Part shown: positions 1 through 13,603 of the stretch, in pieces
How positions within the stretch are numbered: the first letter of the stretch is position 1
Layout of the letters: each line of letters opens with the position of its first letter
Source of the DNA: Octopus vulgaris
Taxonomy: Eukaryota
Direction of reading: 5' to 3'
DNA: 64,000 bases
Assembly (NCBI GenBank): GCA_951406725.2
Contig: OX597830.1
Location: 43,400,001 to 43,464,000 of the forward strand
The notes under the pieces: generated by a model
What the model saw: only the letters and a program-made list of their open reading frames with translations
Told to the model about the DNA's origin: nothing
The model's database searches: none
Position numbers and translations under genes: made by a program

Positions 1-768
1 GAAAAAAATATGAAAATTAACAAAAACAAAAAAAGAAAGAAGAAAGACATGACAAAGCGAGAAGAGTGTAATTGGGTTTAAATGTGAAGCTTATAAAGAA
101 GAGAAGATGACAGCGAATGAACGGTGTTCTATTTTTATACGTTATTCTGTAACTTTTCAACTGATTCGATGGAAATTTTTTGAAAACGAGATTCGAGATG
201 CTAAAAGCACCATGGTGATCATTTCGTTTCAATAGAAAGACACATTCCTGTATTTTTCCCCCCATTCAGTTGCGGTGTCTATAATAAACGTCTTTCAAAT
301 GATGGAAAGATACACGACTATTTTTCGTACAGATGTTGCAGTCGGATTTCGCTTATTTTATAAATTGGATTCAAAAATATGCCATGAACGTTTTTTCATT
401 CTTATGCACTTTTTACTTATCTCAGTATATTAGACTGCGGCATTTCTGGAGCACTGCCTTAAAGGGTTTAGTCAAATAAATGGACTCTAGAACGTATTTA
501 TAAATCTGGTACATATTTCTATAGGCTCGCTAAGTCACGGGAATGGTTAGCGATATATTGTCAGTCTTTATGTTCTGAGTTCGAATTCCGCTGAGATTGA
601 TTTGCCCTTCATCCTTTCGGGGTCGATAAAATATGTAGAAGTCGAGCATTGGTATCGCTGTAACCGACTTACCCCTCCCCCAAAACTGCCGGCCTGGTGC
701 CAAAATTTGAAACCAATTAGCGATTTGTTTCACATTCTCTTACCTCTACAGGTATTAGAGATAAACAG

Positions 769-1352
769 TCGAGCTGGCAGAAGCGTTAGCACGCCGGGCG
801 AAATGCCTTGCGGTATTTCGTCTGCCGCTACGTTCTGAGTTCAAATTCCGCCGAGGTCGACTTTGCCTTTCATCATTTCAAGGTCGATTAAATAAGTACC
901 AGTTACGCACTGGGATCGATATAATCGACTTAATCCGTTTGTCTGTCTTTGTTTGTCCCCTCTGTGTTTAGCCCCTTGTGGGTTGTAAAGAAATAGGTAT
1001 TTCACCCGTCACTACGTTCTGAGTTCAAATTCCGCCGAGGTCGATTTTGCTTTTCATCCTTTCGGGATCGATAAATTAAGTACCAGTTGCGTACTGGGAT
1101 CGATCTAATCGACTGGCCCCCTCCCAAAAAATTTCGAGCCTTGTGTCTAGAGTAGAAAAGAATCGTTAGCATGCTGGTTGAAATGCTTAGCGGTATTTCA
1201 CCCGTCGCTACGTTCTGAGTTCAAATTCCGCCGAAGCCGATTTTGTGTTTCATGCTTTCGAGGTCGATAAAATAAATACCAGTATAACACTGGGGTCAAT
1301 GTAATTGACTCATCCCCTTCTCCAAAACTGCTGCCCTTGTGGTAAAATTTGA
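769..1352 (+). mobile_element. tRNA-derived SINE family A, head-to-tail multimer
   Basis: Head GAGCTGGCAGAAGCGTTAGC, B-box-like GAGTTCAAATTCC and core GAGGTCGACTTTGCCTTTCATCCTTTCGGGGTCGATAAA repeated three times; the same family occurs about 20 times in the window. Confidence 0.85.
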
Positions 1353-1496
1353 AACCATATGATTGGTAAAAGGTTAGCTTTAATGTGGACTTTAATAAAC
1401 TAATGCAATTTTCAGTTAGAACCGTGTTTCTTTTTTTTTTTTTTTGCCTATGGACCCTTTAGATTCCAGTTTTACTCTCCTGGAGCGCCACAAGGA

Positions 1497-1733
1497 TATA
1501 TTCTTTTATTCTTTATTTGTTTCAGTCATCTGACTGCAGTTATGCTGGAGCACAGCCTTTTGTAGAACAAATCGACCCCAGGATTTATTTGTAAGCCTAG
1601 TACTTATTCTATCGATCTCTCTTTGTCGAACCGCTAAGTTACGGACACGTAAACCACATAAACACACCAACATCGGTTGTCAAGCGATGGTGGGGAGACA
1701 AACACAGACACGCAAATACATTCATATATATAT

Positions 1734-1801
<68 letters not shown>

Positions 1802-1958
1802 GACGGGCTTCTTTCAGTTTCCGTCTACCAAATCTACTCACAGGGCTTTGGTCGGCTGGAGGCTATAGTAGAAGACACTTGCCCAAGGTGCCACACAGTG
1901 GGACTGAACCCAGAACCATGTGGTTGGGAAGTAAGCTTCTTACCCCACAGCCACTCCT
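1497..1958 (-). mobile_element. tRNA-derived SINE family B with internal (TA)n
   Basis: Minus strand GGAGTGGCTGTGGGGTAAG...GGGTTCAGTCCCAC...CCTTGGGCAAGTGTCTTC, with a GCTCCAGCAT...GACTGAAACAA tail; similar copies at 15.5, 24.7, 40.9 and 44.9 kb. Confidence 0.85.
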
Positions 1959-2427
1959 AATTAAATATTATTAATAATTGTATAAAAATATTGTTAAAAT
2001 ATTTTGTGCATTTTAGAAGTATAACCAATGTACTGCACATAAATTTCAACAGCAAAATCTTATGCGAACCCCAAGAACCATATGGACCCCATCTGAGAAC
2101 CACTGGTTTAGAGCAACTACTAAAAGAGTAGAAGTGATAGAGACTGCAGAAAGAAGGCCCTCCATCAATTAGGATTTAAGAAAGTGAGTTGAAAAATGAT
2201 TAATCAAGGATGTCCATGTGATTAGTCAGCAAAACTTCCTCTGGAGATGTTTAGAGTATGAAGAACAAGCCAGAGTTGTTACACCAATAACATCAGCCAT
2301 GTAAAATTTTGGGAAAATACTGACGATGAGTGGATCATGTCTTTAAAACCAATTAGTGAAAGCAATGGACATGTTTCGGTTTTATAAGACCTCCTCAGTG
2401 AAATACATTCCACTCGGCAAAACTTCT

Positions 2428-2459
2428 TTAATAATAATAATGATAATAATAACAATAAT

Positions 2460-2553
<94 letters not shown>

Positions 2554-2558
2554 AATAT
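2428..2558. repeat. (TAA)n/(TAAA)n microsatellite
   Basis: Direct read. Confidence 0.95.
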
Positions 2559-2849
2559 CAGCGTTAGAAATGAAATTCATAGTTTTATGTAGATCGTTCA
2601 CGCTGGCGAATGTGTAACCACGAATTTATGTTTTTGGTTTAGTACGCTCCACCGACTCAAAGCATTGGAGTAATGTCGCTTCAGTTGTACAGCAAATCGA
2701 TTATTGTAATTTTCTTTGTTAATTCATTGATTAAAAAATTCTTTATTTTGTATTTCATCAGATTCACTGAATTTAATATTTAATAAACTTTCCTCGGTTG
2801 ATATATCAACAAACTGAACAAAAACCTCCCAGTAAAGTACATAGTATAA

Positions 2850-3366
2850 AATCACGCTTTAACTCTACAGATTTTTCTATAGAAATTAGAGCCAGCAATG
2901 AAAGTTACGTTTCGTATTCGAATACGTTTATATAAACAATGCGATCGAAGATAGAAAAATGGGAAATGGGTGTATATACATGTTTCGGGAGTTCTTGCTC
3001 TTTTCTCAGCAACACATCTTACCCATTAACCATCTACGAACCTATTAATCATCCAACCCATTAACCATCCAACCCATTAACCATCCAACCCATTAACCAT
3101 CTACGAACCCATTAATCCTCCAACCCACTAACCATCCAACCCACTAACCATCCACGAACCCATTTACCATCCAACCCATTAACTATCCACGAACCCATTG
3201 CTTAAAAGGGCACTAAATTTAGCGATGTAACACAATTGGATTTACCAATTTCCCATACCTATTTTTCTATCTTTGATCGCAGTGTTTACATACAAAGCGT
3301 CGTGACTTTCAGTGCTGACTCTAATTTCTATTTAAAAATTTGTAGAGACAGCTTTAAAAAGTGATT
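2850..3366. mobile_element. MITE/foldback-like element with ~110-bp imperfect TIRs and an internal minisatellite
   Basis: CTCTACAGATTTTTCTATAGAAATTAGAGCCAGC... is inverted as ...GCTGACTCTAATTTCTATTTAAAAATTTGTAGAG; internal ACCCATTAACCATCCA(ACG) array at ~3020-3200. Confidence 0.7.
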
Positions 3367-5129
3367 GAATCTCACTGCTAACACGAGTAGGGCAAAGTAT
3401 TAACTTATAAGGCTTTAATATACTTGGAAGTCTATTATGATTGCATAATGAAATACGGTGTCCCTACCAGCAATTAACACTATAAAATATCCAGAAAGGT
3501 TGTTAACCAAGTATCTCTGTACGTGCAAATAGATGGAGAAACAGCTCGTATTGTTTGTGAGATTTTTGATAGGATTAAATGTAAGTAAGCTTATACAGAA
3601 TGTTTTTTATAACCCCCGACAAAAGAAAAATGAAACGTCGCAATATAAAACATTAAAAATGTGGAACGGCGTTTTAGTGTACTGTTATTCACTATTAGTA
3701 AAAACACTACACGAACATGATGAGACAAACATTAGAATTGAATTACAATAGAATAAATAGTTGCAAGCTCGCTTGCTATGTTGCTCTGGGAAAACATTTA
3801 TAGAATTGATTTGCTTCTGGCTGATCTGAAGACGGTATCTAGAATAATTTGCAATGCGTAGATCTATGCATGCGGTTTGTTAAAATGTGAGATTCTTGGA
3901 GTATGGGCAGAAAGAAATATTTGAGATATTCTTTATCAAATAACAATTGAATTGTAATATAGTTAATTTTACCAATAACTCTTGTAATGATGCCGACTAG
4001 TTCGATGAAGATCAAAATGTCGATTCTGCAGTCATGCTGTTGTTGATAACTATGCAGATAGGTAGTAAATTAAACTTAGTGAAAAGGCTCCGGTTGCAGA
4101 AGACATTTCCACTGAAGAAAATTAAAGTATTGGCAATGTTATTTTAAAAAGATGAGAGCAATTACCAGTTTATTTCGCAGATCTCCAACAAATAAAAAAG
4201 AAATGAAATACTTCTGGAATAATTTAAAGATGAGTGTGGTCATGAATCGCAATTAATACCACTAAAACATGATGGAATGGTTTGTTTGCAACGTTAGAGC
4301 GATTCTTGTTGCTTAACAGCTGTATTTCCAGATTTATGAGGTAACCATTTGGTTTTAAGACAATGAATTTAATGCTGTTAATGTTGTTACAATCAGCATT
4401 GAAGCTAATTAAAGATGGAGTTGAAAAATTAGGTTGAAGCGATGCAACCTTGATCTCTGTAGAAAATGCGTTTGTTTTTACTCTACAATTGATTCCACAA
4501 GATATAACCAATGTTTATCTTAAGAGAATTTATCAAGAAAAGAATCGAACAGGAAATCAATAAAAATATAATTGGATTTATTGAGTGTTTGGATAATTTT
4601 CTTTCATTTTCAAATTTTACCTTCAGAAAGTTTACGGCTAAACATTGGTATCAAATTTTGGAACAAGGCCAGCAATTTCGAAAGATGAGGTAACCCTGAA
4701 AACCGACCTCAGCCGCATTTGAACTTGGAACATAAAGACAGACGAAATATCGCTAAGCGTCTTGTCCGACGTGCTAACGATTCTGCCAACTTGCTTGAGC
4801 AAAAGAATGTTTATCAGTTTGTCATAAGGATCTTCTCTTTCCCATTTCGAACTTTAATTGAAATCCCCACTCTATCAAAAGAAAGGTCCCAGCAATAGAG
4901 ATTAAATGGTACAGCTAACAAAATAGCTAAAAACGATTTAGAGAACGATTTAGATGATAGAAAATCATTGTAAAAGAAATGAAAATATTTGAAATTACAA
5001 GGCATACATGTTTAGTTGCAGTAGGGTTTCTTGCCTTCAGCGCTATTCCTTTTTCAATGTTCATCAAAGTAGGAGGAGTCTTTGTTACGAAACTTTTCAT
5101 CAGGTTTTAGCGACAACCCCATCAACGCG

Positions 5130-5300
5130 GAGGCGCAATGGCCCAGTGGTTGGGGAAGCGGACACGCGGTCATAAGAATGTGATTTCGATTCTCAGACCG
5201 GACATTGTGAGTGTTTATTGAGTGTTTATTGAGGCTCCGGCAAGGAGGAGGGTGAATCCCGCTGCACACTTTCACCACAACTTTCTCTCACTCTTTCTTC
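5130..5300 (+). mobile_element. tRNA-derived SINE family C, partial
   Basis: GAGGCGCAATGGCCCAGTGGTT head (A-box) and TTCGATTC (B-box); related to the copy at 16660-17011. Confidence 0.7.
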
Positions 5301-6324
5301 CTACTTCTGCCACAAAGCAGAGGAACCATTGTGAAGAAGAACCCATCAACATAATATCTTTGTTTGACAATATTATTGAACGGAATTTTTTTTTTTAATA
5401 TTCTGGAAAATATTCATTTTCTTTTTCGTGAATTGCTGGAGTTTTTGATAAAATTGTGTCTTTTAGTGGAATAATTTTTTCATATATTCATGATACTTGC
5501 TTACGAGTACCTAAAACACTAAATCATAAAATAAGAGAGTTAAAAATAAAAAATAACTAGGTATCTATTCCAGGGAAATTCTTGGAAACTCATGATTTTT
5601 TTTTAGTCCTTCGATTTCCGAGAACGATGAGTTTCGGAAAATTGCAACGCTCCGTTCAGTCAATAAGCTATGAAGACTTCAACGCTAGAGTCGAGAGGGC
5701 AGAGCCGGGGTGGAGTATGCTTTGGTAAGTCTTTTTCGATAGCTAAGTGGAAATCCTGACTGAGGTAAACAGCACGATCCCTAGATAAGAATGCTCGGAT
5801 GGAGGTCTGCTAAGGGTCACTCGACTCAGTTTCTGTTGCTTACCACTTTTGCATTGTACCTTTGATTTGTTGAGATCTTACAGGAAGCCCCCAGCAATTT
5901 AATATCTGCTTTCGTCGCCCTCACCACCAGAATTTTTGTAAAGATTATAATCTAAGTTGGTGCAGAACATACTTGCGCAATGAAGCATTGGGAGTAAGCA
6001 TCTCCGAGCACCACAATCTTCGCTGTTAACTCTTCCCAGTTGCAGAAACCGATTGAAGACTGCCCGCTACAACATCTTTCCCTCTCACAATGTACAACCC
6101 AGGCCTTTATCCTACTGGACTCACCCACAAAGACTGACAAAGACCGATGCTACAGCATATCTATTAAACTGGATATGCACGCTATATTTCTGTGAGCCAT
6201 TGTTGCTTCAAAAGCCCCGAAAACCTCCCCAGTTGCATTTGTAGCCGTGGAGAAGCCTGGCAAGTACGATTTCTCTTATCCTGGTAAGGAAGCAACTGAG
6301 TGCTGACAGAGGAGGAGACTTACT

Positions 6325-6363
<39 letters not shown>

Positions 6364-6418
6364 TCACACACACACACGCACACGCGCGCGCGCGCGCACA
6401 CACACACACGCGCGCACG

Positions 6419-6482
<64 letters not shown>
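6325..6482. repeat. (CA)n/(CG)n microsatellite
   Basis: Direct read. Confidence 0.95.
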
Positions 6483-6484
<2 letters not shown>

Positions 6485-7201
6485 ACACTAGGCCGTTTTC
6501 TGTTTCACCAAAAGGGCAAGAGAGAGGCAACGAGCGATAAGCAAGTTAGCGGTAAGTACTAATGTAACAGATGCATCTGATCACCCATATACAGATACAC
6601 ACGCGCTAACATACAAAAACGCGCACACTCACACATATATATGTCGTACCATATATCAGTGGGTGGTGAGCAAGATGGTTGCGAGTGCTAATGCACTCGG
6701 TGCATCTCAAAACCCAGACATACGGGTGTGTGTATGTGCGAATGTATGGGTATATACATATACGCACGCACATATGTATAAATATACACACACATCGTAC
6801 ATACATAGACATATATACACACATACAAACACATATATACAAAAATGTATATGCTAAATCTTATATACGATATTTTACCACGAAGTTTTGCCAATGCGGG
6901 CTTTTCAAAACAGGCGGTTTGCCGCAACCAGTATTGACGGGACTTCGGACCAAACACTTACTTTTAATAATTAAAATTATCAATAATAGATAGTCTTTTC
7001 AAATTTTGGCACAAGGCCAGCAATTTCGGAGAAGACTGTAGGTACTTATTTTAATGACACCGAAAGGATGAAAGATAAAGTCGACCTGGGCGGAATTTGA
7101 ACTCAGAACGTAAAGACGGACGAAATACCGCTAAGCATTTTGCCCGCTGTTCAAACCATTCTGCTAGCCCGTCGCCTAATAATAATAATAATAATAATAA
7201 T

Positions 7202-7289
<88 letters not shown>

Positions 7290-7290
<1 letters not shown>

Positions 7291-7833
7291 GTACCAGGCA
7301 GTGGCTCTCATGGCTTCTGATCTTAACTGATTGGAAGTGTTATCATGTACATTGTTTTGTCTTGGTATAAAAGATGGGCTACAGCAAATATTCTGCTCAA
7401 TACCACAGATTTGCTTGTCAGTTGTTTGACCTTAACCAGTTGAGCATGTCCCTTAGTGGCTGACGATATGTGCATCTCTGATCACGAGCAGAAGTAGTGG
7501 GGGAGCATCATAGCCATGTGTTGAGAGGGATTCTTTGGGGTTTGAATAGTTCACCTCTGGAAACATGGGTGGTTCTTTCAACATCCTTAAACAACCCTTA
7601 TTCAGGGACCGTTTGAGCGGGATGGGATACTCAACCTGAAGAAAATTCTAACTGGGCCCCACTTGCAAGGTCATGTGCTGTTTATCTTGATATGAGATCA
7701 CCATGTCGCGCACATATGGTTGTGATGCATGTGCCTGGTGTACCTTTATCAGACGGGTAGTCATGATGGGTATATTGGGCTTCGTATATTTTACCCCAGT
7801 GTCACTTTGATGGCATGAACTGCTCTCTCACTC

Positions 7834-7834
<1 letters not shown>
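7290..7834 (+). mobile_element. ~545-bp non-coding element embedded in (TAA)n
   Basis: Flanked by (TAA)n on both sides; inverted copy at 35315-35850 and pieces at 18845-19080 and 19503-19820, all next to (TAA/TTA)n. Confidence 0.7.
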
Positions 7835-7874
<40 letters not shown>

Positions 7875-8954
7875 TAACAATGATGATAATAATGATAACA
7901 AAATATTAATGCATAATAAATATTATTTTTGGCTTTGTAATCAGTACTGGATTCTTCACACAGTATTTGTGTGTCTGGGTATACAAACTATAGAAGAAAC
8001 AATCATGTGTGTGAGTGTGTGTGTGTGTGCGTGTGTGTGTGTGTGTGTGTGCGTGTGTGTGTGTGTGTGCGTGTGTGTGTGTGTGTGTGTATGTGTTTGT
8101 GTGCGTGTATGCGTGCATCTTGGGTGTTTATTTCCCACTGCATGAATCCAGTGTTGGTTTGTTTACGTTCCTCTGACATAAACGGTTCGGTAAAAAAGAT
8201 AGGAAAGAAAAAGGACCACACTTGAACATCAAATTCTGAGGTCAATTTGGTTGACAAAAATCCCTTCAAAAAATTTGCTCCAGCTTGGCTTCACTCCAAT
8301 AACAGAAACAATTAGAAAGATAAAAGAATGCATGTGTCTATGCATGTGCATCCAGATGGATGATTTGATCGATCAATCGATCGATCTCGCTCACAATTTC
8401 CGATGATGGATTTGAGTTGCTTGATCAAATGAACTTCTAGACTCATTGAATTAGCATTTAAGTGGTTGAGTATTCCACAGCCATTGGGCTTCTTAACGAC
8501 ATTAATGTAATTCTCGGGCAGACACCGCGTCATAATATGGCATTGCTGAACTTTCCTTTTGAGAGGTGAACTGTAAACAATTCAAACAAAACATAACTAT
8601 TGATAAAACCCTTATTCAGTTCGCATCCCATGATTCCATTTCCTCTTTTTCCAGCACCCACAAATCGGAGGTGGCTTTCTTTCACCTTCATTAACGGAGA
8701 GCAATCACTATTCTTTTCCATACCTGCCATCTCTGCAGAGTATGTGGGATTACTTAACCGTGATGTTATATAACATTCAGTTCTGATACCCAGTGCAAAA
8801 CCGATTGGTAAGATCGGTTGTAATACTCTATGATATTGTATACCTTGAGGAAGATTATATATATATATCAATTAAAATTAAGTAGTTTCAGCGTGTAAAA
8901 CCAATTAAGGTAAAAAATTAATACAAAGTGTATAATTTTATGAATATAATTATG

Positions 8955-9183
8955 TTTCTTAATTACCCACAAGGGGCTAAACATGGTGGGGACAAACAAG
9001 GACAGACAAAGGGATTAAGTCGATTATATCGACCCCAGTGCGTAACTGGTACTTAATTTTATCGACCCCGAAAGGATGAAAGGCAAAGTCGACCTCGGCG
9101 GAATTTGAACTCAGAACGTAACGGCAGACGAAATACAGCTACGCATTTCGCCCGGCATGCTAACGGTTCTGCCAGCTCGCCTT
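8955..9183 (-). mobile_element. SINE family A
   Basis: Reverse complement of the family A head, core and tail. Confidence 0.85.
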
Positions 9184-9618
9184 ATAAAATTATAGTAAGG
9201 CCAGTCACTGTATGTATGTTTATATTTATGTTTAAATATAAATGTTTATGTCATACTGATGATAGGAGAATATATTTCATCACTAACCTTGAAATCTTTC
9301 GATAAATGACTAAACTTTTTCCAGAAAATCCTTTTATTCAAGATCTTTTCGCATGGAACCACTGGTTGCCTTGTTAACCTACAAATAAAGAATATTTATC
9401 CACCAATGGGGTGTTGAACACTCATTCAGTATTAGCGCATATGGATGTATGTATGTATGTATGTATGCATGTGTGAATGCATGCAAGAATTACTAATAAA
9501 TAGTTTCATACATTGGAGATATTTTCTAGGCGTGTTATTAAACCTGCTATATATTGTGTACGTTAAATAATATTTATCTAAAGCCGAATATATGTATGTT
9601 GTTTTTCTGTAAAGTTGA

Positions 9619-9666
<48 letters not shown>

Positions 9667-10033
9667 TGAAAAGGCATGTCAAAAGAGTTTATACTTCGCC
9701 GCAAAAACATTGAGTCATTTCAATGATTCTTTCTAGCAATGGCTTTGCTCGTATAACAGAAAGCAGCTAAGATATAAGATATGTGAGTATATAGGTATGT
9801 ATGTATCTACCTATATAAATATATATATATATATATACATACATACATACATACATACATACATACATACATACATACATACATACATACATACATACAT
9901 AGGATCTTTTCTATTCTGAAAAGTTTACTTTTGACACATTCTACCAGTATACGAAGTTTCAAATTGTTTGGTTCAGTAGGAAAAATTTGAAAAAACTGGC
10001 TTCAGAATAGAAAAGATCCCATACATACACACA

Positions 10034-10156
<123 letters not shown>

Positions 10157-10193
10157 ATGTATGTATATATGTATATATCTTATCCTATCATTA

Positions 10194-10827
10194 TGATATG
10201 ACGTTTGATAAACAAGCAAAATATTGGTATACGAAATGAGAAAGGAGGAAGAAGAAAGTCATAACATCACTAGGTGAGACAAGCTGACACTGAATTAGCT
10301 TTGCTGACTGAAAGGTAACGGTCGTTTAGAGAATGCGTGGGCTAAGATTACGCGCCTTCATTGGTCAGTTAAAGCTGAGACAGTGTCACGTGGCAACTTG
10401 CTGGGGCTGCCTGCTGGAGACTGGCGGCAGGTATTTAAAAGGAAAAAATTTGAAAAGTCAGTCAGTCACCCGCTGACACTCGTTGGCGCTACATCGAAGA
10501 GGCCAGGGAAAAGAAGAAAGGAGAAGGAAGAAGACATGCACCCAACACCAGAGCTGAAGACACCTCCGAAAGTTGGTGGGGGGGATGCGCCACGTCAAAG
10601 CGGTAGAGGAGTAGGGGCCGAAACCGGACGTGGTTCCTCCTGATGATGTCTTGAGCTAACTGGATCCTATAAAGGAGCTGTTGTGGTAGCAGACAACGAA
10701 ACACAGTTGTAATTCTTCCTTTCTCCTCGCGAACATCACAGATTACATGTGTTAGTATTAATAAAGAGAAAAGCAATACTCTACATGCCTGTTGTGTGAG
10801 TTAAATACCGAGCAACCAGTGACTTCA
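10194..10827 (+). mobile_element. putative solo LTR
   Basis: TG...CA ends, ATTGG, TATTTAAAA (~10432), AATAAA (10760-10765), GC-richer than flanks, no ORF; no TSD found. Confidence 0.45.
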
Positions 10828-11230
10828 TGCTCTTCCCTCAACCAAACTCCGTTTCTCTGCATGTTTAGTAATATTTGCTAACATATCTTTTTAGCATATT
10901 TTGGTGTCAATAAAGTTTCCGTAGCTATTCTTTCTATGGAAATAATGGCTATCTTAAGTCAGTAATGTTTTCTCAATATTTCTCAATTCAAAGCTATCAA
11001 TTAATTCTTTTACTCATTGATAAGTTTCGGTCATTGAACTGCATTGTAGGCTGGGATATCGCCTTCAAAGGCTTTCCTCGATCGCATCGATCACAAGATA
11101 TTTATTTCAATTGTTTTATCGATCTGAATTTATCGAGTGACCAAGTTACTTTTTCGATGTAACACTAGTTTCTATTTTAACACGGACATATATATAGACG
11201 TGCCATATATGTGTGTGTGTATGTGTGTTT

Positions 11231-11312
<82 letters not shown>

Positions 11313-11639
11313 ATTTCACACACACCTATACATACACACAAGTGTATGTATTGTTGGCGCCATGAGAATTTAGAAATTTCGAGAACGTGAAATAATTCTT
11401 TTTGGAACGTTGTATCTGGAAGCAGATAAAGCTATAAATAACAGTGTGCAAGTACTGGCTGGGGGTGAAGAAAAAGGGACTTTTTGCATCGAAAGGGACG
11501 ATGACATCCTGGGGAAAACGAATCCATATTTAATATGAACATTTCACGAACTCCAACACTGGACCAAAACTAACCTCCCATTTCAGAAACTTAATTCTTA
11601 CCTGCAAGAATTTTATGTTACAAAATCACCTAATATGGT

Positions 11640-12320
11640 AATTTTTGTCACCCTAAATTGTGAAATTAACAGCGGACTTTGAAGCAATCCATCGAGACTT
11701 CACAAAGAAAGTCGTCTCATTGCAACAGCTCAGCTACTGGAAAAGACTGCAATAGCTAAGACTCTACTCCCTGGAGCGAAGGCAGGTGAGATATGCAGTA
11801 ATATACATCTGGAAGTAAGGCGGTGAGCTGGTAGAAATGTTAGCACGCCGGGTGAAATGCTTAGCGGTATTTTGTTTGTCTTTACGTTCTGGGTTCAAAT
11901 TCTGCCGAAGTCGACTTTTCCTTTCATCCTTTCGGGATCGATAAATTAAGTACCAGTTACGCACTGGGGTCGGTCTAATCGACTGGTCCCTTCCCCAAAA
12001 ATTTTGGGCCTTGTGCCTAGAGCAGAAAAGAATATACGTCTGGAAGTTCCTGGAAGAGATTTTACCACATTTTGGCATTCAAATCTATACAAATGCCAGA
12101 ACTGATCGCCAGTGCACAGTGCCAAAGATCCCAATAATGCCGTTGCGCTTCATAACCAGTTACTGCAACAGCCTGGGTTTCAGGGGCCCGCATCTTTTTG
12201 ATATATTCTGCCCGAAAGCCTGAGAAACCTACACAAATTGGATATAGGTGTTTTCAAATCAAAACTGGATCTCTTCTTTTCGAGGAACCTACCTCGCGGT
12301 AGGAGGCGCAAATGAGGGGG
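11640..12320 (+). mobile_element. decayed CR1/L2-group LINE 3' fragment, interrupted by a SINE
   Basis: Encodes pieces such as YSLERR..RYAVIYIWK and CNSLGFRGP; homologous to 13780-14394. Confidence 0.8.
11817..12030 (+). mobile_element. full-length SINE family A with 17-bp TSD
   Basis: TSD AATATAC(A/G)TCTGGAAGT at 11800-11816 and 12031-12047. Confidence 0.9.
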
Positions 12321-12599
12321 CAGTGTGTTCGTCGTTGGATCCTGGTCTGGAATTCCTAAGTGCCCGTAAGTATATTTTAAATGATTGATACGGAAGGCAG
12401 TGTGTAACTAGAAGCCTATTGGCATAACAATCGTTTCGGCTTCATTCTCCACTGTTCCCTTGTGGGCGTGGAACAATGTAATAAGACCAAATACAACGCT
12501 TCATCAGGTGATGTAAGATACTTTACAAGTTCCCAGATTTTCGCTTCAAGTTATATCCTGATGGTGCGATTCTAGCAGTTTGGACACTTTATATATATA

Positions 12600-12797
12600 C
12601 CGAGTTGGTGCATAATTATTGCGGCTTTATTCAACAAAAACAATAACAATATTTAACAAAAACATCTTTAAATGACAGTATGACCGTCTGCCAAGCAAAT
12701 GGGAAGCAGTAATTGAAGTAGATGGTGAATATGCTCCAGAATAATCATATAAAAATGTTTTTGCTACATGTTGTTATTGTTTTTGTTGAATAAAGGT
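12600..12797 (+). mobile_element. internally deleted mariner element
   Basis: Inverted repeats CTTTATTCAACAAAAACAATAACAA / TTGTTATTGTTTTTGTTGAATAAAG around RLPSKWEAVIEVDGEYAPE* (12685-12744), a typical mariner transposase C-terminus. Confidence 0.75.
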
Positions 12798-12952
12798 AGG
12801 AAACTGATAGGATGGGATTCAATAGTTTCGGAGACTGGCAGTCATGAACATAGGGATAAATATATGGAGGGATGGGGTAAAAAGGTGGAAAAAGACTAAG
12901 ATAACACTCTACACTAAATAATGGATATTGAGAGGCAATGTAATAAAATAAC

Positions 12953-12986
<34 letters not shown>

Positions 12987-12987
<1 letters not shown>

Positions 12988-13156
12988 ACGGCCTTAGAAC
13001 GAAATCACAAACGGCTGCATGCTTCAGGTTGCCATTATTCAGCTAGTATAATGCAATGGGAGGTGGGAACACTCTATTGGATAATCCTTTGAATTTCTTC
13101 ATTAGAAGACTGTCTTCAAAGGTGCTAAAGCGACCCTTTAAGGTTACTTTTACTAA
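12987..13156 (+). repeat. dispersed repeat shared with 17643-17905
   Basis: ACGGCC.TAGAACGAAATCACAAACGGCTGCATGC...AGCGACCCTTTAAGGTTAC at both sites; the 17.6-kb copy has extra internal blocks. Confidence 0.75.
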
Positions 13157-13603
13157 CCACCGAGACTAACAACCTGGTATAGAGCCCAATAACCATATGC
13201 TTCAGAAGGAAGCTTTAGACGAGTACAGAGCGGTAATAAGAAAAGGCGATGACAAACGAATAAACGATTAACTTACAGCCGTTTCTACCATGAGATGTTA
13301 CACAGACGCTCAACCACGCGTCCACTGCATCGTTTAGCAGAAACAGCTGTAAGCTAATGAAGTTCTTAAGGTAATCGTTTTGTCTGTTGTAATCTCTTTT
13401 TCTTATAAGCGCACAAATGCAAACAAGGTGGGGAAAATAGTACTCAACTACCAAAAGTAGAGTAAGATGCTTTTTAGTAAAGCCAAAAGTGTCTTCACAA
13501 ACTTTTGAGTAACAGCTTGTGAAGATTTTTTCGGTTTTAATGAAAAAAAAGTGTGTGTTTGTGTGTGTGTGTCTGTCTGTCTGTGAATATATATATATAT
13601 ATT

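Noticed and set aside
3700-4620. Possible decayed hAT transposase on the minus strand
   Set aside because: Only vague motif resemblance across many stops; cannot be supported without a translated search
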